The notes beneath the pieces were generated by a model. It saw nothing but the letters and a program-made list of their open reading frames with translations, ran no database searches and had not been told where the DNA came from. A program made the translations under genes and the position numbers. 64,000 bases of DNA from Ignavibacteria bacterium (GTDB lineage Bacteria > Bacteroidota > Ignavibacteria > OLB7), in NCBI GenBank assembly GCA_020635205.1, contig JACKAE010000001.1, positions 128,042 through 192,041 on the forward strand, given 5' to 3'. Positions 37,080 through 47,700 of this stretch are shown in pieces. Numbering within the stretch: the first letter of the stretch is position 1; the number at the start of each line of letters is the position of its first letter.

Positions 37080-37916
37080 TTGTTAGTGGAGAGAGGATTT
37101 CTCTCACATATTTTCTGTAATGGTAATCTACGTAGTGTGAAGGCATTTTCTTCCGATATTCCTGCTCTGTTTTATCCCGAATTGGTCAGTCCGGGGGAAA
37201 AACTCTATTTGGAGGGGGATGAATCCCGCCATATACGTGCGTTGCGGCTTCACTCCGGGGATTCTGTTCAGTTGCTGAGCGGAACTGGTTGGCGCTCATT
37301 TGGGGTTCTTGAAGAAGGGGATCGTGGAAGATTTCACGTTAGGGTAGAGAATTGTCTCTTTGAAGGGGAAGACTCAGGAACGTATATTGGCCTTGCAATC
37401 GGCCTTCTCTCCGATAAAAATCGGATGGAGTGGTTGGTTGAAAAAGCTGTAGAGTTGGGGGTTCGGTCGATTCAACCATTTCGGAGTGAGCGTGCTGAAG
37501 GATTCTTTAGGGGAGATCGACTCCACCGCGTTGCCGTTGCAGCCTTGAAACAATCGCAACGAGTCTGGCTGCCAGAGATCGGTGAGCCAGTTGACTGGAG
37601 TGGTCTGGCAAACGTTGTTTCATCATACAATGTTGTTCTCATCTGCCACGAGCAGGAGAGTGCCGACGAAGATTTGCTAACTGCTCTCCACAACGTCGGG
37701 AACCAGCAGAGAATGCTGATTCTTGTCGGTCCAGAAGGGGGGTTCTCTGAAGAAGAGGTGGAGCGAGGACGTGAAGAGTTCAATGCAAGAATTGTCTCAC
37801 TTGGGCAGACAAGATTGCGATCCGAGACAGCGGCAATTGTAGCGCTTGCGGCTGCAGAGTTAAGAAATTCAATAGTAAAAGTTCAAAATTCAAAAGAAGA
37901 GGAAAGAAGCGTATAG
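37080..37916 (+). CDS. rsmE: 16S rRNA (uracil1498-N3)-methyltransferase RsmE
   Basis: N-terminal PUA-like segment (GDESRHIRALRL), C-terminal SPOUT motifs (LAIGLLSDKNRMEWLVEKAVELGV, LILVGPEGGFSEEE). The true start is probably internal to the computed ORF. Confidence 0.75.
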   Translation: MLVERGFLSHIFCNGNLRSVKAFSSDIPALFYPELVSPGEKLYLEGDESRHIRALRLHSGDSVQLLSGTGWRSFGVLEEGDRGRFHVRVENCLFEGEDSGTYIGLAIGLLSDKNRMEWLVEKAVELGVRSIQPFRSERAEGFFRGDRLHRVAVAALKQSQRVWLPEIGEPVDWSGLANVVSSYNVVLICHEQESADEDLLTALHNVGNQQRMLILVGPEGGFSEEEVERGREEFNARIVSLGQTRLRSETAAIVALAAAELRNSIVKVQNSKEEERSV

Positions 37917-38025
37917 GAGAAGAGCGAGCGTTTGGTATCTATCGAAGCAAGTTCTTCTCATCATTCTACGCTTCCCTTCGTTTGAACATCAACTTCGGGC
38001 AGAGCACTTAAATTTTCAATGACCT

Positions 38026-39048
38026 ATGTCTGAGAATCTCATCGAAGTCAGAAATCTGAAGAAGTTTTTCCCCATCAAGCGAGGGCTTCTCTCTAAAACA
38101 GTTGGCCACGTCAAAGCAGTGAACGACGTGTCGTTCGATATTAAGCCGGGAGAGACGCTCGGACTTGTTGGAGAGTCGGGGTGTGGTAAGACTACTGCTG
38201 GTAGATCGATCCTTCGACTGATTGAGCCAACTGCTGGCTCGGTAAAGTTCGAGGGGAAAGAAGTAACCAAGATGGGAGTGACGGAGATGCGTCGCCTTCG
38301 TCGTGAGATGCAAATTATCTTTCAGGATCCCTACTCTTCGCTGAACCCTCGCATTACTATCGGCGGAATGTTAGCCGAGATTATCAAGTTTCACGGGCTT
38401 CGCACAACTCAGGCTGCAATCAATGATCGGGTGGCAGAACTGTTGGAGATTGTTGGTCTGCGTGCCGAGTATTCGCGGCGGTATCCGCACGAGTTCTCCG
38501 GGGGGCAGCGTCAACGTATCGGGATTGCCCGCGCCCTCTCCGTTGAGCCGAAGTTCATTGTGTGCGATGAGCCAGTCTCTGCACTCGATGTTTCTATTCA
38601 GTCGCAGGTTATCAATCTTCTCAAGGATTTGCAGTCACAGTTCGGGTTGACCTACCTCTTCATTGCCCACGATCTCTCCGTTGTAGAACATATCAGCGAC
38701 CGCGTTGCAGTAATGTACTTGGGGGAGATTGTAGAGATTGGCGATGCTAAGGAACTCTACCACAATCCCAAACACCCATACACACAGTCGTTGCTCTCTG
38801 CGGTTCCCCACCCCGATCCACGGCGGAAGTCGGAGCGCATTATCTTAACTGGTGATGTGCCGAGTCCGGCGAATCTCCCCAATGGTTGTTACTTCCACCC
38901 CCGCTGTCCGAAAGCGTTTACCGACTGCAGCCGAGTTCATCCAGTTCTCGGAAATGATGGAAGTGGACATCACACACGTTGCCTCCTTTGGCCTGAAAGT
39001 GCTCCGGCAGGGGAGAAAATTACCGTAACGGAGAACCAAACCGCATGA
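38026..39048 (+). CDS. ABC transporter ATP-binding protein, oligopeptide/dipeptide (OppF/DppF) type
   Basis: Walker [10 protein letters not shown], signature [15 protein letters not shown], Walker [13 protein letters not shown], and the C-terminal oligopeptide-ABC extension with Cys residues. Confidence 0.85.
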   Translation: MSENLIEVRNLKKFFPIKRGLLSKTVGHVKAVNDVSFDIKPGETLGLVGESGCGKTTAGRSILRLIEPTAGSVKFEGKEVTKMGVTEMRRLRREMQIIFQDPYSSLNPRITIGGMLAEIIKFHGLRTTQAAINDRVAELLEIVGLRAEYSRRYPHEFSGGQRQRIGIARALSVEPKFIVCDEPVSALDVSIQSQVINLLKDLQSQFGLTYLFIAHDLSVVEHISDRVAVMYLGEIVEIGDAKELYHNPKHPYTQSLLSAVPHPDPRRKSERIILTGDVPSPANLPNGCYFHPRCPKAFTDCSRVHPVLGNDGSGHHTRCLLWPESAPAGEKITVTENQTA

Positions 39049-39512
39049 GTCGTTTGATAACTCCCATGCTCTTCCTTCTGATGGTGCTTCTCGGAGTGCC
39101 GGAGAGTCGTGGTGTGGAGTTTGCAGTAAGTCAGTCAGGAAGGAGTTCGTGCGGAGTCACTTCGGGGAGTTCATATCTGCGTGCAACGTTGCTCCCTCGG
39201 TTAACTACGGTGGAAGGGGATAGTGTCCCCATCAATCCGGGACAGACACTTTTCCTTGAACCAAACGTTCCAAACCCATTCAGCGATCAAACAATTATCT
39301 CCTATACGTTAGATAGAGAAACTCGCGTGACCCTCCGCATCTTCGATGCCTTCTACAACGAAATCGCAACGTTGGTGGACGATGTCTTTCAAGTAGAAGG
39401 GCGCTACACTGTCCCCTTCCGGCACGATGGGAAGCTCTCCAGTGGAATGTATTTCTTTTCGTTGACAACCTCTGCCGGTATCGAGACCCGGCGAATGTTA
39501 TTAGTGAAATAG
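39045..39512 (+). CDS. small secreted protein with T9SS C-terminal sorting domain
   Basis: Its ATG overlaps the ABC ATPase stop (ATGA). Signal peptide. C-terminus [38 protein letters not shown]...GMYFFSL. Confidence 0.6.
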   Translation: MSRLITPMLFLLMVLLGVPESRGVEFAVSQSGRSSCGVTSGSSYLRATLLPRLTTVEGDSVPINPGQTLFLEPNVPNPFSDQTIISYTLDRETRVTLRIFDAFYNEIATLVDDVFQVEGRYTVPFRHDGKLSSGMYFFSLTTSAGIETRRMLLVK

Positions 39513-39690
39513 GGGCAGAAGATAGAAGGTGTCGTGTTGGTGTTCTCAGCAATAATTTCGATTGAACCGGCTTTGAACTAAGAATTCATCAACCGACTGC
39601 GCAGGATAACTTCTACTTTGCCGTATACAAATTTCCAGTGCGAACTTCTACCTAATAACATTCTACATTCTTCTCTTTACATTCCTTTCT

Positions 39691-40110
39691 ATGAATCGCA
39701 TTCTTATTCTCTGTACAGGAAATAGTTGCCGTAGTCAGATGGCTGAAGGGTGGTTCCGCCACATTGCGGGTGACCGACTGGAAGTATACAGTGCCGGAGT
39801 GGAGGCACATGGACTAAATCCGCGTGCTGTAAAAGTGATGGGGGAAATTGGAATTGATATTTCTGGGCAAACCTCAAACCTTGTAGATGACTATCGAGAT
39901 GTTGACTTTCACTACGTGATTACCGTCTGCGACAGCGCGCGTGAACGTTGCCCTTGGTTCCCATCCAACGCGGAAAAGATTCACCACAGCTTCCCCGATC
40001 CTGCCGACGCTACTGGATCAGAAGAAGAAATCCTCGATGTTTTTCGGAGTGTTCGGGATCATATTGGTCAGTATGCAGAAGAGTTTGCAAATAGTTTATC
40101 AAGTTCGTAG
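39691..40110 (+). CDS. arsC: arsenate reductase (LMW-PTP family, thioredoxin-coupled ArsC)
   Basis: ILILCTGNSCRSQMAEGW P-loop, plus downstream Cys residues (CDSARERCPWFP) typical of the Trx-coupled ArsC clade. Confidence 0.75.
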   Translation: MNRILILCTGNSCRSQMAEGWFRHIAGDRLEVYSAGVEAHGLNPRAVKVMGEIGIDISGQTSNLVDDYRDVDFHYVITVCDSARERCPWFPSNAEKIHHSFPDPADATGSEEEILDVFRSVRDHIGQYAEEFANSLSSS

Positions 40111-40150
40111 AGTTGGGAGTTTTTAGAGTTCGTAGAGTCGGTGGAAAGGT
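40105..40150. repeat. short copy of intergenic GTTCGTAGAG repeat
   Basis: caagttcgtagagttgggagtttttagagttcgtagagtcgg contains two GTTCGTAGAG cores. It is located in the spacer after arsC. Confidence 0.4.
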
Positions 40151-40198
40151 ATTTGTTGTGTGCTTGCAATGAACGATCAAATTTGGTCTGATAGACTT

Positions 40199-42781
40199 AT
40201 GAAGAGGCTGTTATCTACATTGTTTTTTCTTCTTGCTGTTGCATTTCCTCTTCGCGCTCAGGTAGGGGAGAGTGTTACCAACCACGATCCTTCACTCAAT
40301 CGAGAGGATGAGGAGGGATTCAAAGAAGAACGCGACCGGTGGATGAGCGAGATGCACCGGGCAGAGCCGGGGGTGAATGTCGAAGTGTTGAATAGGGAGA
40401 TTCGGCAGGCAAAGTTGAAAGTGTGGGAGCAAAAAGGGGCAAGCCTGTTGAGAGCTGAGGAGGGGGTCTCTATTCTTCCGGGTCTTATCGGCTACTGGAG
40501 CGAGCGTGGGAGTAACAACCAAGCTGGACGAACCCTTGCAGCCGACATCGACTACGCTACTGGTACGATCTATACGGCAGCAGATGGGGGGCAGATTTGG
40601 CGTGGAACAATCGAGGGAAAGAACTGGAAACCGTTGAACGATCCAGAGCGGTTCCCCGGTGTACAAATGCTTCGCATCTACCGTTCCAATAACCTCTTCC
40701 GCCTTATTGTCCTTTACGGACCCTATCTCAAATACTCCGATGATGGAGGAATTACCTGGCAGACAGCCGATAGTCTGGACAACATTCAACGGTGGGGTGG
40801 GTTCTCCAGAGGAATACTGACAGATGGACCGGGGCACATCCTCTACCTCTTAGGAAATGAGTGGAACTATGGAACTCCGTGGGGGGCTTACAGGTCGCTC
40901 TATCGTTCGGATGATCTGGGGGAAACATTTAAGGAAGTGAGGCGCTTCGATCAGCCTGTTGAGTTAATCGACATATCGACAGTCTATGGCGAGGATGATC
41001 TCTGGCTTCTGCACGGCGACACGCTTTCGCGTGTCCTAACAGATGGGAGCATAGAAGTTGTTGAGCCATCTCTTCAACTGGAAGGAGGTATGGAAGGTGT
41101 TTCGAACGTCAACTTGAGAGTTGGAAGTGGAGAAATTTTCTATCTCCACGTTAGGCGGAGGGGAAAGAACGAAATCTACGGTTCGAACGATGTTGGAAAA
41201 AGTTGGACGATGACTGGAACCACAACCGGGTTGTTTAGTCGGAATAGTTTTGCTGCTTCAGCGAGTGATCCATACTTCATTGTAGCTGGCGGAGTAGAGG
41301 TTCTCTACAGTACTGATGCAGGGTGGCAGTGGGACACCGTCAACAAGTGGGGAGCCTACTATAGTGATCCTGAAAACCTACTCCACGCAGATATTCCCTT
41401 CATTGGTTTCTTGCGTGCTCCTAACGGAAACGAAGAAATGTTAATCTCTACCGATGGGGGGCTATACCGTTCAGTAAACCAGTTGGGGAGCGTAAAAAAT
41501 CTTGCGCTGAAAGGGTTGGGAATTAGCCAGTACTACTCAGTCTACACATCGCGAGCCGACAGCAACTATGTTTTTGCGGGGGCGCAGGATCAAGGCTTTC
41601 AGCGGACGCATCGGGATGAGGGGGGGATTATGGATTTCGAGCAGGGGATTAGTGGTGACTATGGACACATCACTTCTGGTGACGGTGGGAAGAGTGTCTG
41701 GACGAACTATCCCGGTTTCTCAATGTATTATCCCGAGGCTCTGCGATCCAACTTAGGCTGGGGGCTTACGCACGACTTCCCCACGAAAGGGCATCTCTGG
41801 CTGCCACCAATAGTAGCCGACCCCGACACCCCATACGTTGCGTGGGTTGCTGGAGGTGGAATTGATAGTGGGGCACACCTTATCCGAATGGAATATCAAC
41901 AAGGAGCAAATGTTACCTCCACTGAGCACCCATTCGATTTTAGTGGGGGCAGCTCTCAGGTGAACCTTACGGCAATCGGTATCTCGCCGGTTGATACAAA
42001 ACGGTGGTATACAATAACAAGCGATGGCCACTTTTGGGGATCGAAAGATCGAGGCGAGACTTGGCAGGAAGAGGTGTTTACTCCGCCGGGAGGACACTAC
42101 TTCTATGGCGCGGCGATTACCCCGTCGAAGAGTAATCCTGAGCTTGTTTACGTGGCGGGAAGTGGTTACTCGAATCCCGGTGTTTGGGTCTCACGGGATG
42201 GAGGAGAGACATTCGACTCCCTAAACGTGGGACTACCTCCAACCCTCGTCTATGGGCTATCTGCTTCGAACGACGATCAATATCTCTTTGCTGCAACTGC
42301 GGTAGGTCCTTACATGTACATCGCTGACTCAGGGAGATGGTTCGATATTAGTGGGGGTGTTGCTCCCGATCAGACCTGGTGGTCGGTTGATTATATCGAC
42401 GAAAACCGCATTGCTCGCTTTGGTACATACGGCAGAGGTATCTGGGATTTTCGGCTTGTAGTTGATACTACCAACAGTGTCAGTGAGGAAGTGTCGATTG
42501 GCCTATCCAGGCTTCAGTTATCGGCTCGAACGCTGTCAACAGGTGGGGAATACGAATTTCAATTGCAGATGCCTCACTCTGGAGCCGTTCTTCTCCACCT
42601 CTTCGATCTGACTGGGCGGCGCGTGGCTACGCTTCACGATGGGGTAGTTGAGGCTGGCCTACACTACCTCTACTGGAGTGGCAACGCTGATGATGGCACA
42701 CCTCTTCCTCCCGGAGAATACTTCTGTGTAGCTTCTGCTTTTGGAACGGTTGCCTACGCAAGGTCACCTTTGTTTCGATAA
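40199..42781 (+). CDS. BNR/Asp-box repeat (sialidase/sortilin-like beta-propeller) protein with T9SS C-terminal sorting domain
   Basis: Signal peptide MKRLLSTLFFLLAVAFPLRAQ. At least six S-x-D-x-G-x-T-W/F boxes (SDDGGITWQ, SNDVGKSW, STDAGWQW, STDGGLY, SKDRGETWQ, SRDGGETF). C-terminal T9SS tail (AVLLHLFDLTGRRVATLHDG...GEYFCVA). Confidence 0.7.
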   Translation: MKRLLSTLFFLLAVAFPLRAQVGESVTNHDPSLNREDEEGFKEERDRWMSEMHRAEPGVNVEVLNREIRQAKLKVWEQKGASLLRAEEGVSILPGLIGYWSERGSNNQAGRTLAADIDYATGTIYTAADGGQIWRGTIEGKNWKPLNDPERFPGVQMLRIYRSNNLFRLIVLYGPYLKYSDDGGITWQTADSLDNIQRWGGFSRGILTDGPGHILYLLGNEWNYGTPWGAYRSLYRSDDLGETFKEVRRFDQPVELIDISTVYGEDDLWLLHGDTLSRVLTDGSIEVVEPSLQLEGGMEGVSNVNLRVGSGEIFYLHVRRRGKNEIYGSNDVGKSWTMTGTTTGLFSRNSFAASASDPYFIVAGGVEVLYSTDAGWQWDTVNKWGAYYSDPENLLHADIPFIGFLRAPNGNEEMLISTDGGLYRSVNQLGSVKNLALKGLGISQYYSVYTSRADSNYVFAGAQDQGFQRTHRDEGGIMDFEQGISGDYGHITSGDGGKSVWTNYPGFSMYYPEALRSNLGWGLTHDFPTKGHLWLPPIVADPDTPYVAWVAGGGIDSGAHLIRMEYQQGANVTSTEHPFDFSGGSSQVNLTAIGISPVDTKRWYTITSDGHFWGSKDRGETWQEEVFTPPGGHYFYGAAITPSKSNPELVYVAGSGYSNPGVWVSRDGGETFDSLNVGLPPTLVYGLSASNDDQYLFAATAVGPYMYIADSGRWFDISGGVAPDQTWWSVDYIDENRIARFGTYGRGIWDFRLVVDTTNSVSEEVSIGLSRLQLSARTLSTGGEYEFQLQMPHSGAVLLHLFDLTGRRVATLHDGVVEAGLHYLYWSGNADDGTPLPPGEYFCVASAFGTVAYARSPLFR

Positions 42782-42962
42782 GAACTCTGCTGGATAACGG
42801 AATTTCGATGATAGCGGAGAGTTTCTTCCCTAAGGGTTTTATTCGCTCACTTTCTGTTGTAACTTAGCCACTGGCTTACGGGTTTTGCCCGTAGGTTTTC
42901 TACACAGGTACACATCTGCTGGTAGTGTATTCTGTGACATCGTTATACCAACAGATAGCAAC

Positions 42963-43766
42963 ATGATAGTACCTCCCATACTTCCTGTCGCGGATCGGCT
43001 TACCGCTATCGTTATATGTCGTACGAAAAAAAGCCGAAGTAGACTGCTCACTCTTCTGGGCGAGCAGTATCCTCAAATCCATGTTGTCGGAGATACCAAT
43101 TCCGTTGACTCAGCCTGGGAACTTCTACGGTCGTTTTATCCTGACATTCTCTTCTTAGATAGTCATGTTTCGGATAGTGAGAGTCTGCACTTGACAAATT
43201 CGGTACTGGAGCAGAATTCACTTGTGATTTACGTCGAGTCTGATGGCCGTTTTCAAGTAAAGCTAAACGCAGTTGAGTCTCGGCTGAAACTGAGTGAACC
43301 ATCCGATCTTCAGGAACTTCTCGATCGCTTTATTTCCTTCCGTACCGAACAACATGCTCTATCGCGCTCTCTCTCTGCCTTCCAAAACATGTTAGTTGAC
43401 TTAACGTGCTACGTGCAAAACAGTGTTCCCGTTCAGCGGATTGTTCTCTCAACAGAACAGGGATTTGTGATTGAAGAGACAGACAACATTGTGCGACTGC
43501 AATCAGATAACAACTACGTCACGGTAGTGAGGAATGGTCTCAAGAACATTGTACTCTCAAAGTCGCTAAAAGATTTCGAGGCGATATTGGATCCAGAGCG
43601 ATTTGTGCGTGTACACAACTCGCACATTATCAACATGGATTATCTGAAAGAGTTCGAAAACCGTCAGGGAGGATATGTTGTGTTGCGTGATGGTTCAAGG
43701 GTTCCTGTTTCTCGCCGCAGACATACGTTGTTGATGGAGAAGATCAAGAAGTTTGCCTGCGTTTGA
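42963..43766 (+). CDS. LytTR-family DNA-binding regulator with receiver-like N-domain
   Basis: C-terminal LytTR domain (VRLQSDNNYVTVV...FVRVHNSHIINMDYL...GGYVVLRDGSRVPVSRR). The N-terminal ~120 aa resemble a CheY-like receiver (ILFLDSHV). The longer ORF from 42885 is also possible. Confidence 0.7.
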   Translation: MIVPPILPVADRLTAIVICRTKKSRSRLLTLLGEQYPQIHVVGDTNSVDSAWELLRSFYPDILFLDSHVSDSESLHLTNSVLEQNSLVIYVESDGRFQVKLNAVESRLKLSEPSDLQELLDRFISFRTEQHALSRSLSAFQNMLVDLTCYVQNSVPVQRIVLSTEQGFVIEETDNIVRLQSDNNYVTVVRNGLKNIVLSKSLKDFEAILDPERFVRVHNSHIINMDYLKEFENRQGGYVVLRDGSRVPVSRRRHTLLMEKIKKFACV

Positions 43767-44092
43767 AGTGGGAGGTTGCTGGCGGAGGCATAGGGGATAG
43801 AGTGGGGGCTGCCTACAATCACTGACACGATCACGATACTCTCTCAGGCCTGAACGAACATCTGGTATAATCCATCTACTACCAGGTTCTTCTCTGGGTA
43901 GCTGCTGCCAGAAATCCGAGTTGCATAACCATATTCCGCTCGACACCTACCGAACTCCGTTTCGCTATTGGGGCTAACATCTTGAAATGATACTTTGAAA
44001 TTATGTCAATGGCTGGACTATAGAAAAGTATCGAGGGCCCTCAGCTCTTCTCTTGAAAGCCGCTTTTTTATCCAACAAAACCTCATAAGGCT

Positions 44093-44629
44093 ATGAAACG
44101 ATTTTGCCTTGCTCTCAGCGTTCTGCTGGGTGTGGTGCTTGGCTTCTCCAAGATCGTAGCACAGGTTCAGGCGACACGAACTGTCGTTGGAGCTGGTGCG
44201 CAGCACACATCAAACAGTGGAACCTACACTATTGTGGCAACCTTCGGACAACCGATTATCGGCACGCGGACTATAGCGGAAAAAACCACCTACCAAGGCT
44301 TCTGGGGACCATTGGCACGGTCTGTATCGGAAGCCAACGAGACCTTCCCCGTAGCGGGCAGTGCTAACGATCAGCTTTTGCTTAGAGCTACAGAAAACCC
44401 ATTCTCAACATCTACCGAACTTTTGGTCTACATCCCACAGAGTGGAGAAATTTCTCTGCGGCTGTTTGATGGCTTAGGACGTGAAGTACGAGTTCTGCTC
44501 GAGGGAGAGCAGAGTGTGGGAACATATCGGATAACTCTAAATGCAGATGCACTACCCTCGGGGCACTATATGGTCAACTTGACCTCGGGGAACGAGCACC
44601 AGAGTCTACCGTTGTTACTGGTACAGTAG
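44093..44629 (+). CDS. small secreted protein with T9SS C-terminal sorting domain
   Basis: Signal peptide ALSVLLGVVLGFSKIVAQ. C-terminus ATENPFSTSTELLVYIPQSGEISLRLFDGLGREVRVL...GHYMVNL. Confidence 0.6.
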   Translation: MKRFCLALSVLLGVVLGFSKIVAQVQATRTVVGAGAQHTSNSGTYTIVATFGQPIIGTRTIAEKTTYQGFWGPLARSVSEANETFPVAGSANDQLLLRATENPFSTSTELLVYIPQSGEISLRLFDGLGREVRVLLEGEQSVGTYRITLNADALPSGHYMVNLTSGNEHQSLPLLLVQ

Positions 44630-44721
44630 TAACTCAAAGCTCAAGCAGAAGAATTGCAAAGCGGATCACATGTAAAGTCAGGCTGGATTTACTATAACAA
44701 CCTTCATTCAGGAGAAAACTT

Positions 44722-47700
44722 ATGAAACGACTATCCCTCATTAGTACAACCCTTCTTGGGGTTCTCATCATGTTTGCCTTCACCATGACCAGCTACGGTC
44801 AGACAGTAGAATCAACAATAGATATACCGGGTACAATTAGCTATCAAGGGCTGCTCACCTCGCCGAATGGTGGAGCCATAGATGACGGGACCTATAACAT
44901 CACTGTGACGATCTACGCCGACGAGAAAGGAGAGGAAGCTCTATGGCAGCAGACCTATCCAACGCTTGTGGCTGGGGGACTCTTCAATATCTACTTAGGA
45001 ACTCCAGAACATCCTCTTCCCGGACCGGACGCAATGAATCGGCCACTCTGGGTTGGAACGCAAGTGGCAGGATCTGCCGAGCTGCGGCCCTTAACGCCAC
45101 TCACTTCCTCTCCTTATGCGCTCAACGTCTCCGATAAGGCGATCACAGCTCGGAAACTTGCAGAAGGAGCGGTGACAGCAGATAAAGTGGACATGAACTA
45201 CGTATCAGAAGTTCGAGTTGATGGAAAGAGAGTAACTGGAAAGGGTTCTGTGCTGAACCTTGAGAGTGGCAAAGACATCTCGCTAAACTATGATGCGGTT
45301 ACTGGAAGCGTGAAGATTGAGAGTGCCCACACAGCAACCGGAACACACAAGGGAGAGGATGGAGCTTCACTACAGGGACTAAATGACGCGTGGGGAGGCC
45401 AGGGGGATCAATTAGATCCTGGCACACACAACTTAGTATTGCCAGCCGCTGGTGATTGGCTCGGCACATCGAACAATGTGATAATGGAGATCAAGACGTG
45501 GGGAACAACAGCCATGCGTTATCAGACATCGGCTGCTGGTGTTACTCCAAATGTCATCGGTGGAAATATTGCCAACGTAGTTGTTGCAACTTCGGTCGGT
45601 TCTGTCATCGACGGTGGCGGCTCCGGCGGCTTTGTCTTCAACTTCATCAACGGTGACTACGATGCTTTGGGTGGAGGAGATAACAATGCAATCGGCACTG
45701 CTGCAAATGCCTACAATTATTCTACTCTCGGTGGAGGACAGGGTAATAGCATTCAGAATAACTGGGCTACGCTTGCCGGCGGTGCTGTTAACACAGTAAG
45801 TGGTGCATATGGTACGGTCAGTGGCGGTCAGTCGAACAGCGTTACCACCACACACGGTACAGTAGGTGGTGGTTTGATAAACGTTGTCAACGCAAACTAT
45901 GGCACAATTGGTGGTGGTGACCACAACCTTGTAACTGCGTTGGCTGGCACAATTGGTGGTGGTGAGGATCACGAGGTGAACGATATTTATGGAACAGTAG
46001 GTGGTGGTTTTGCTAACATCATTGCCGCAGGTGCTCCGTATGGTACAATTGCCGGTGGTACGATGAACACGGTAAATAACCAGAATGGTACAATCGGTGG
46101 AGGAAACACGAACACCGTGAGTGGTGACTTCGGTACAGTAAGTGGTGGTGGAACAAATACGGTTACAGCACCTGAGGGAGTGGTTGCCGGTGGTACAGCT
46201 AACAACGTTTCTGCTGCTCAAGGAAGCATTGGTGGTGGTACGGCAAACACTGTGACTGCTGCTCAAGGGACGATTGGTGGTGGTTCCGGAAACAACGTCA
46301 ATCTGCCTCAAGGCACAATTGGTGGTGGTGCAGGTAACAACATCAACGGCCCACTTGGCACGGTTGGTGGCGGTTTCAATAACCACGTAAATCAGCAGTT
46401 GGGAACGATTGGTGGCGGGCAGGACAACCTGATCAACAACATGTATGGATCAGTCCTCGGTGGGCAGAACAACCACATTAATGCTGACTATGGCTCCATA
46501 GGTGGTGGCCACGACAATATCATCCACCCAATGGGAGTAAGTGGCACAATTGGTGGTGGACAGATTAACATGTTAGATGGTGACCACGCCACGATTGGTG
46601 GTGGTATGGGCAACAACATTATGCCGTTGGGATTGTTTGCTACAATCGGTGGTGGCATAGGAAATATGGTAGATGGAGATCGTGCCACGATTGGTGGTGG
46701 CGAAGCGAATAATATCGTTGGCCCTTCTTCCTTCTCGACGATCGGCGGCGGACAGGCCAACCTTATCGACGTTCAGCATGGCACAATTGCTGGTGGTGAA
46801 GGAAATAACGTGATGGCGGGTGGTATGTATGGTTCGATTGGTGGTGGCCAAGTCAACCATGTGGATGTACAACATGGCACAATTGGTGGTGGTGAGGCGA
46901 ACAACGTGATTGCTGCAGGTATGCACGGTACGATTGGTGGTGGCCAGGCAAACCTTGTGGATGTACAGCATGGCACAGTTGGTGGTGGTGAGGTAAACAA
47001 CGTGATTGCAGGTGCTTTCCACGGCACGATTGGTGGTGGCCAGGCAAACCTTGTGGATGCACAGCATGGCACAGTTGGTGGTGGTGAAGCTAACGCAATT
47101 ACTGCTGCCCCATACGGAACAATTCCAGGTGGCGATAACCTGAACGTAGCAAACAGCTATGCACAGACGGCAGTTGGCTTCTTCAACGCTCCTCGGGGTG
47201 CTGTTGGTATTCGTCCAGCTCCGGTTGCTTTAACTGACGATCCTCTCTTCATGGTTGGCAATGGTGATTGGGCTGGTGGAGTACCTGTTCGCACGAATGC
47301 CTTTGAAGTCTCCTACAACGGACATTCTGTCATCTATGATGTCAACGGAAGTGGTGGTGCAACTGTATTCCCGGGGCGTCCTGCTATTAAGGGGGCTACC
47401 TATGTTGACAATGTGATCTACGGGTGGGCAGATGTTCCTGCTACTGCCGGAGGTGCTGGAACTGTTGTTGTGCCAAACGATGACTTTGGGGTTGCTACAA
47501 TTGTGAAGGGGGCTGCTGTTGGTGAGTACATCGTTACGCTGAATGTGACCGATCCGGTTACCGGCTTACCGGTTACGTTATTGAATGCTTCAATTACAGC
47601 AACGCTTGTCGACGATCCAGTTGGAAGCGTAACCTGTGGTTCAATCACTACAACTCGTATTGGAACCTTTGGAGCAAATTCGTTCAAGATCCAGACCTTC

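Noticed and set aside
37875-37900. Reverse-complement occurrence of the TTTTGAATTTTG leader motif inside the 3-prime end of rsmE
   Set aside because: It is only a single 15-nt match inside coding sequence. It is likely coincidental and is not followed by a start codon on that strand.
45433-47072. Several long minus-strand ORFs (317, 164, 99, 90, 72 aa) inside the Gly-rich repeat gene
   Set aside because: They are the reverse complement of the GGTGGTGG-rich tandem repeats. They are Thr/Pro/Cys-rich, low complexity, and lack starts with RBS. They are artefacts of the repeat structure of the plus-strand gene.
46738-47100. Considered whether the tandem 90-nt repeats could be a CRISPR array
   Set aside because: The units are directly abutting, with no spacers. 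They lie in-frame inside an ORF and encode a consistent peptide repeat. They are not CRISPR.
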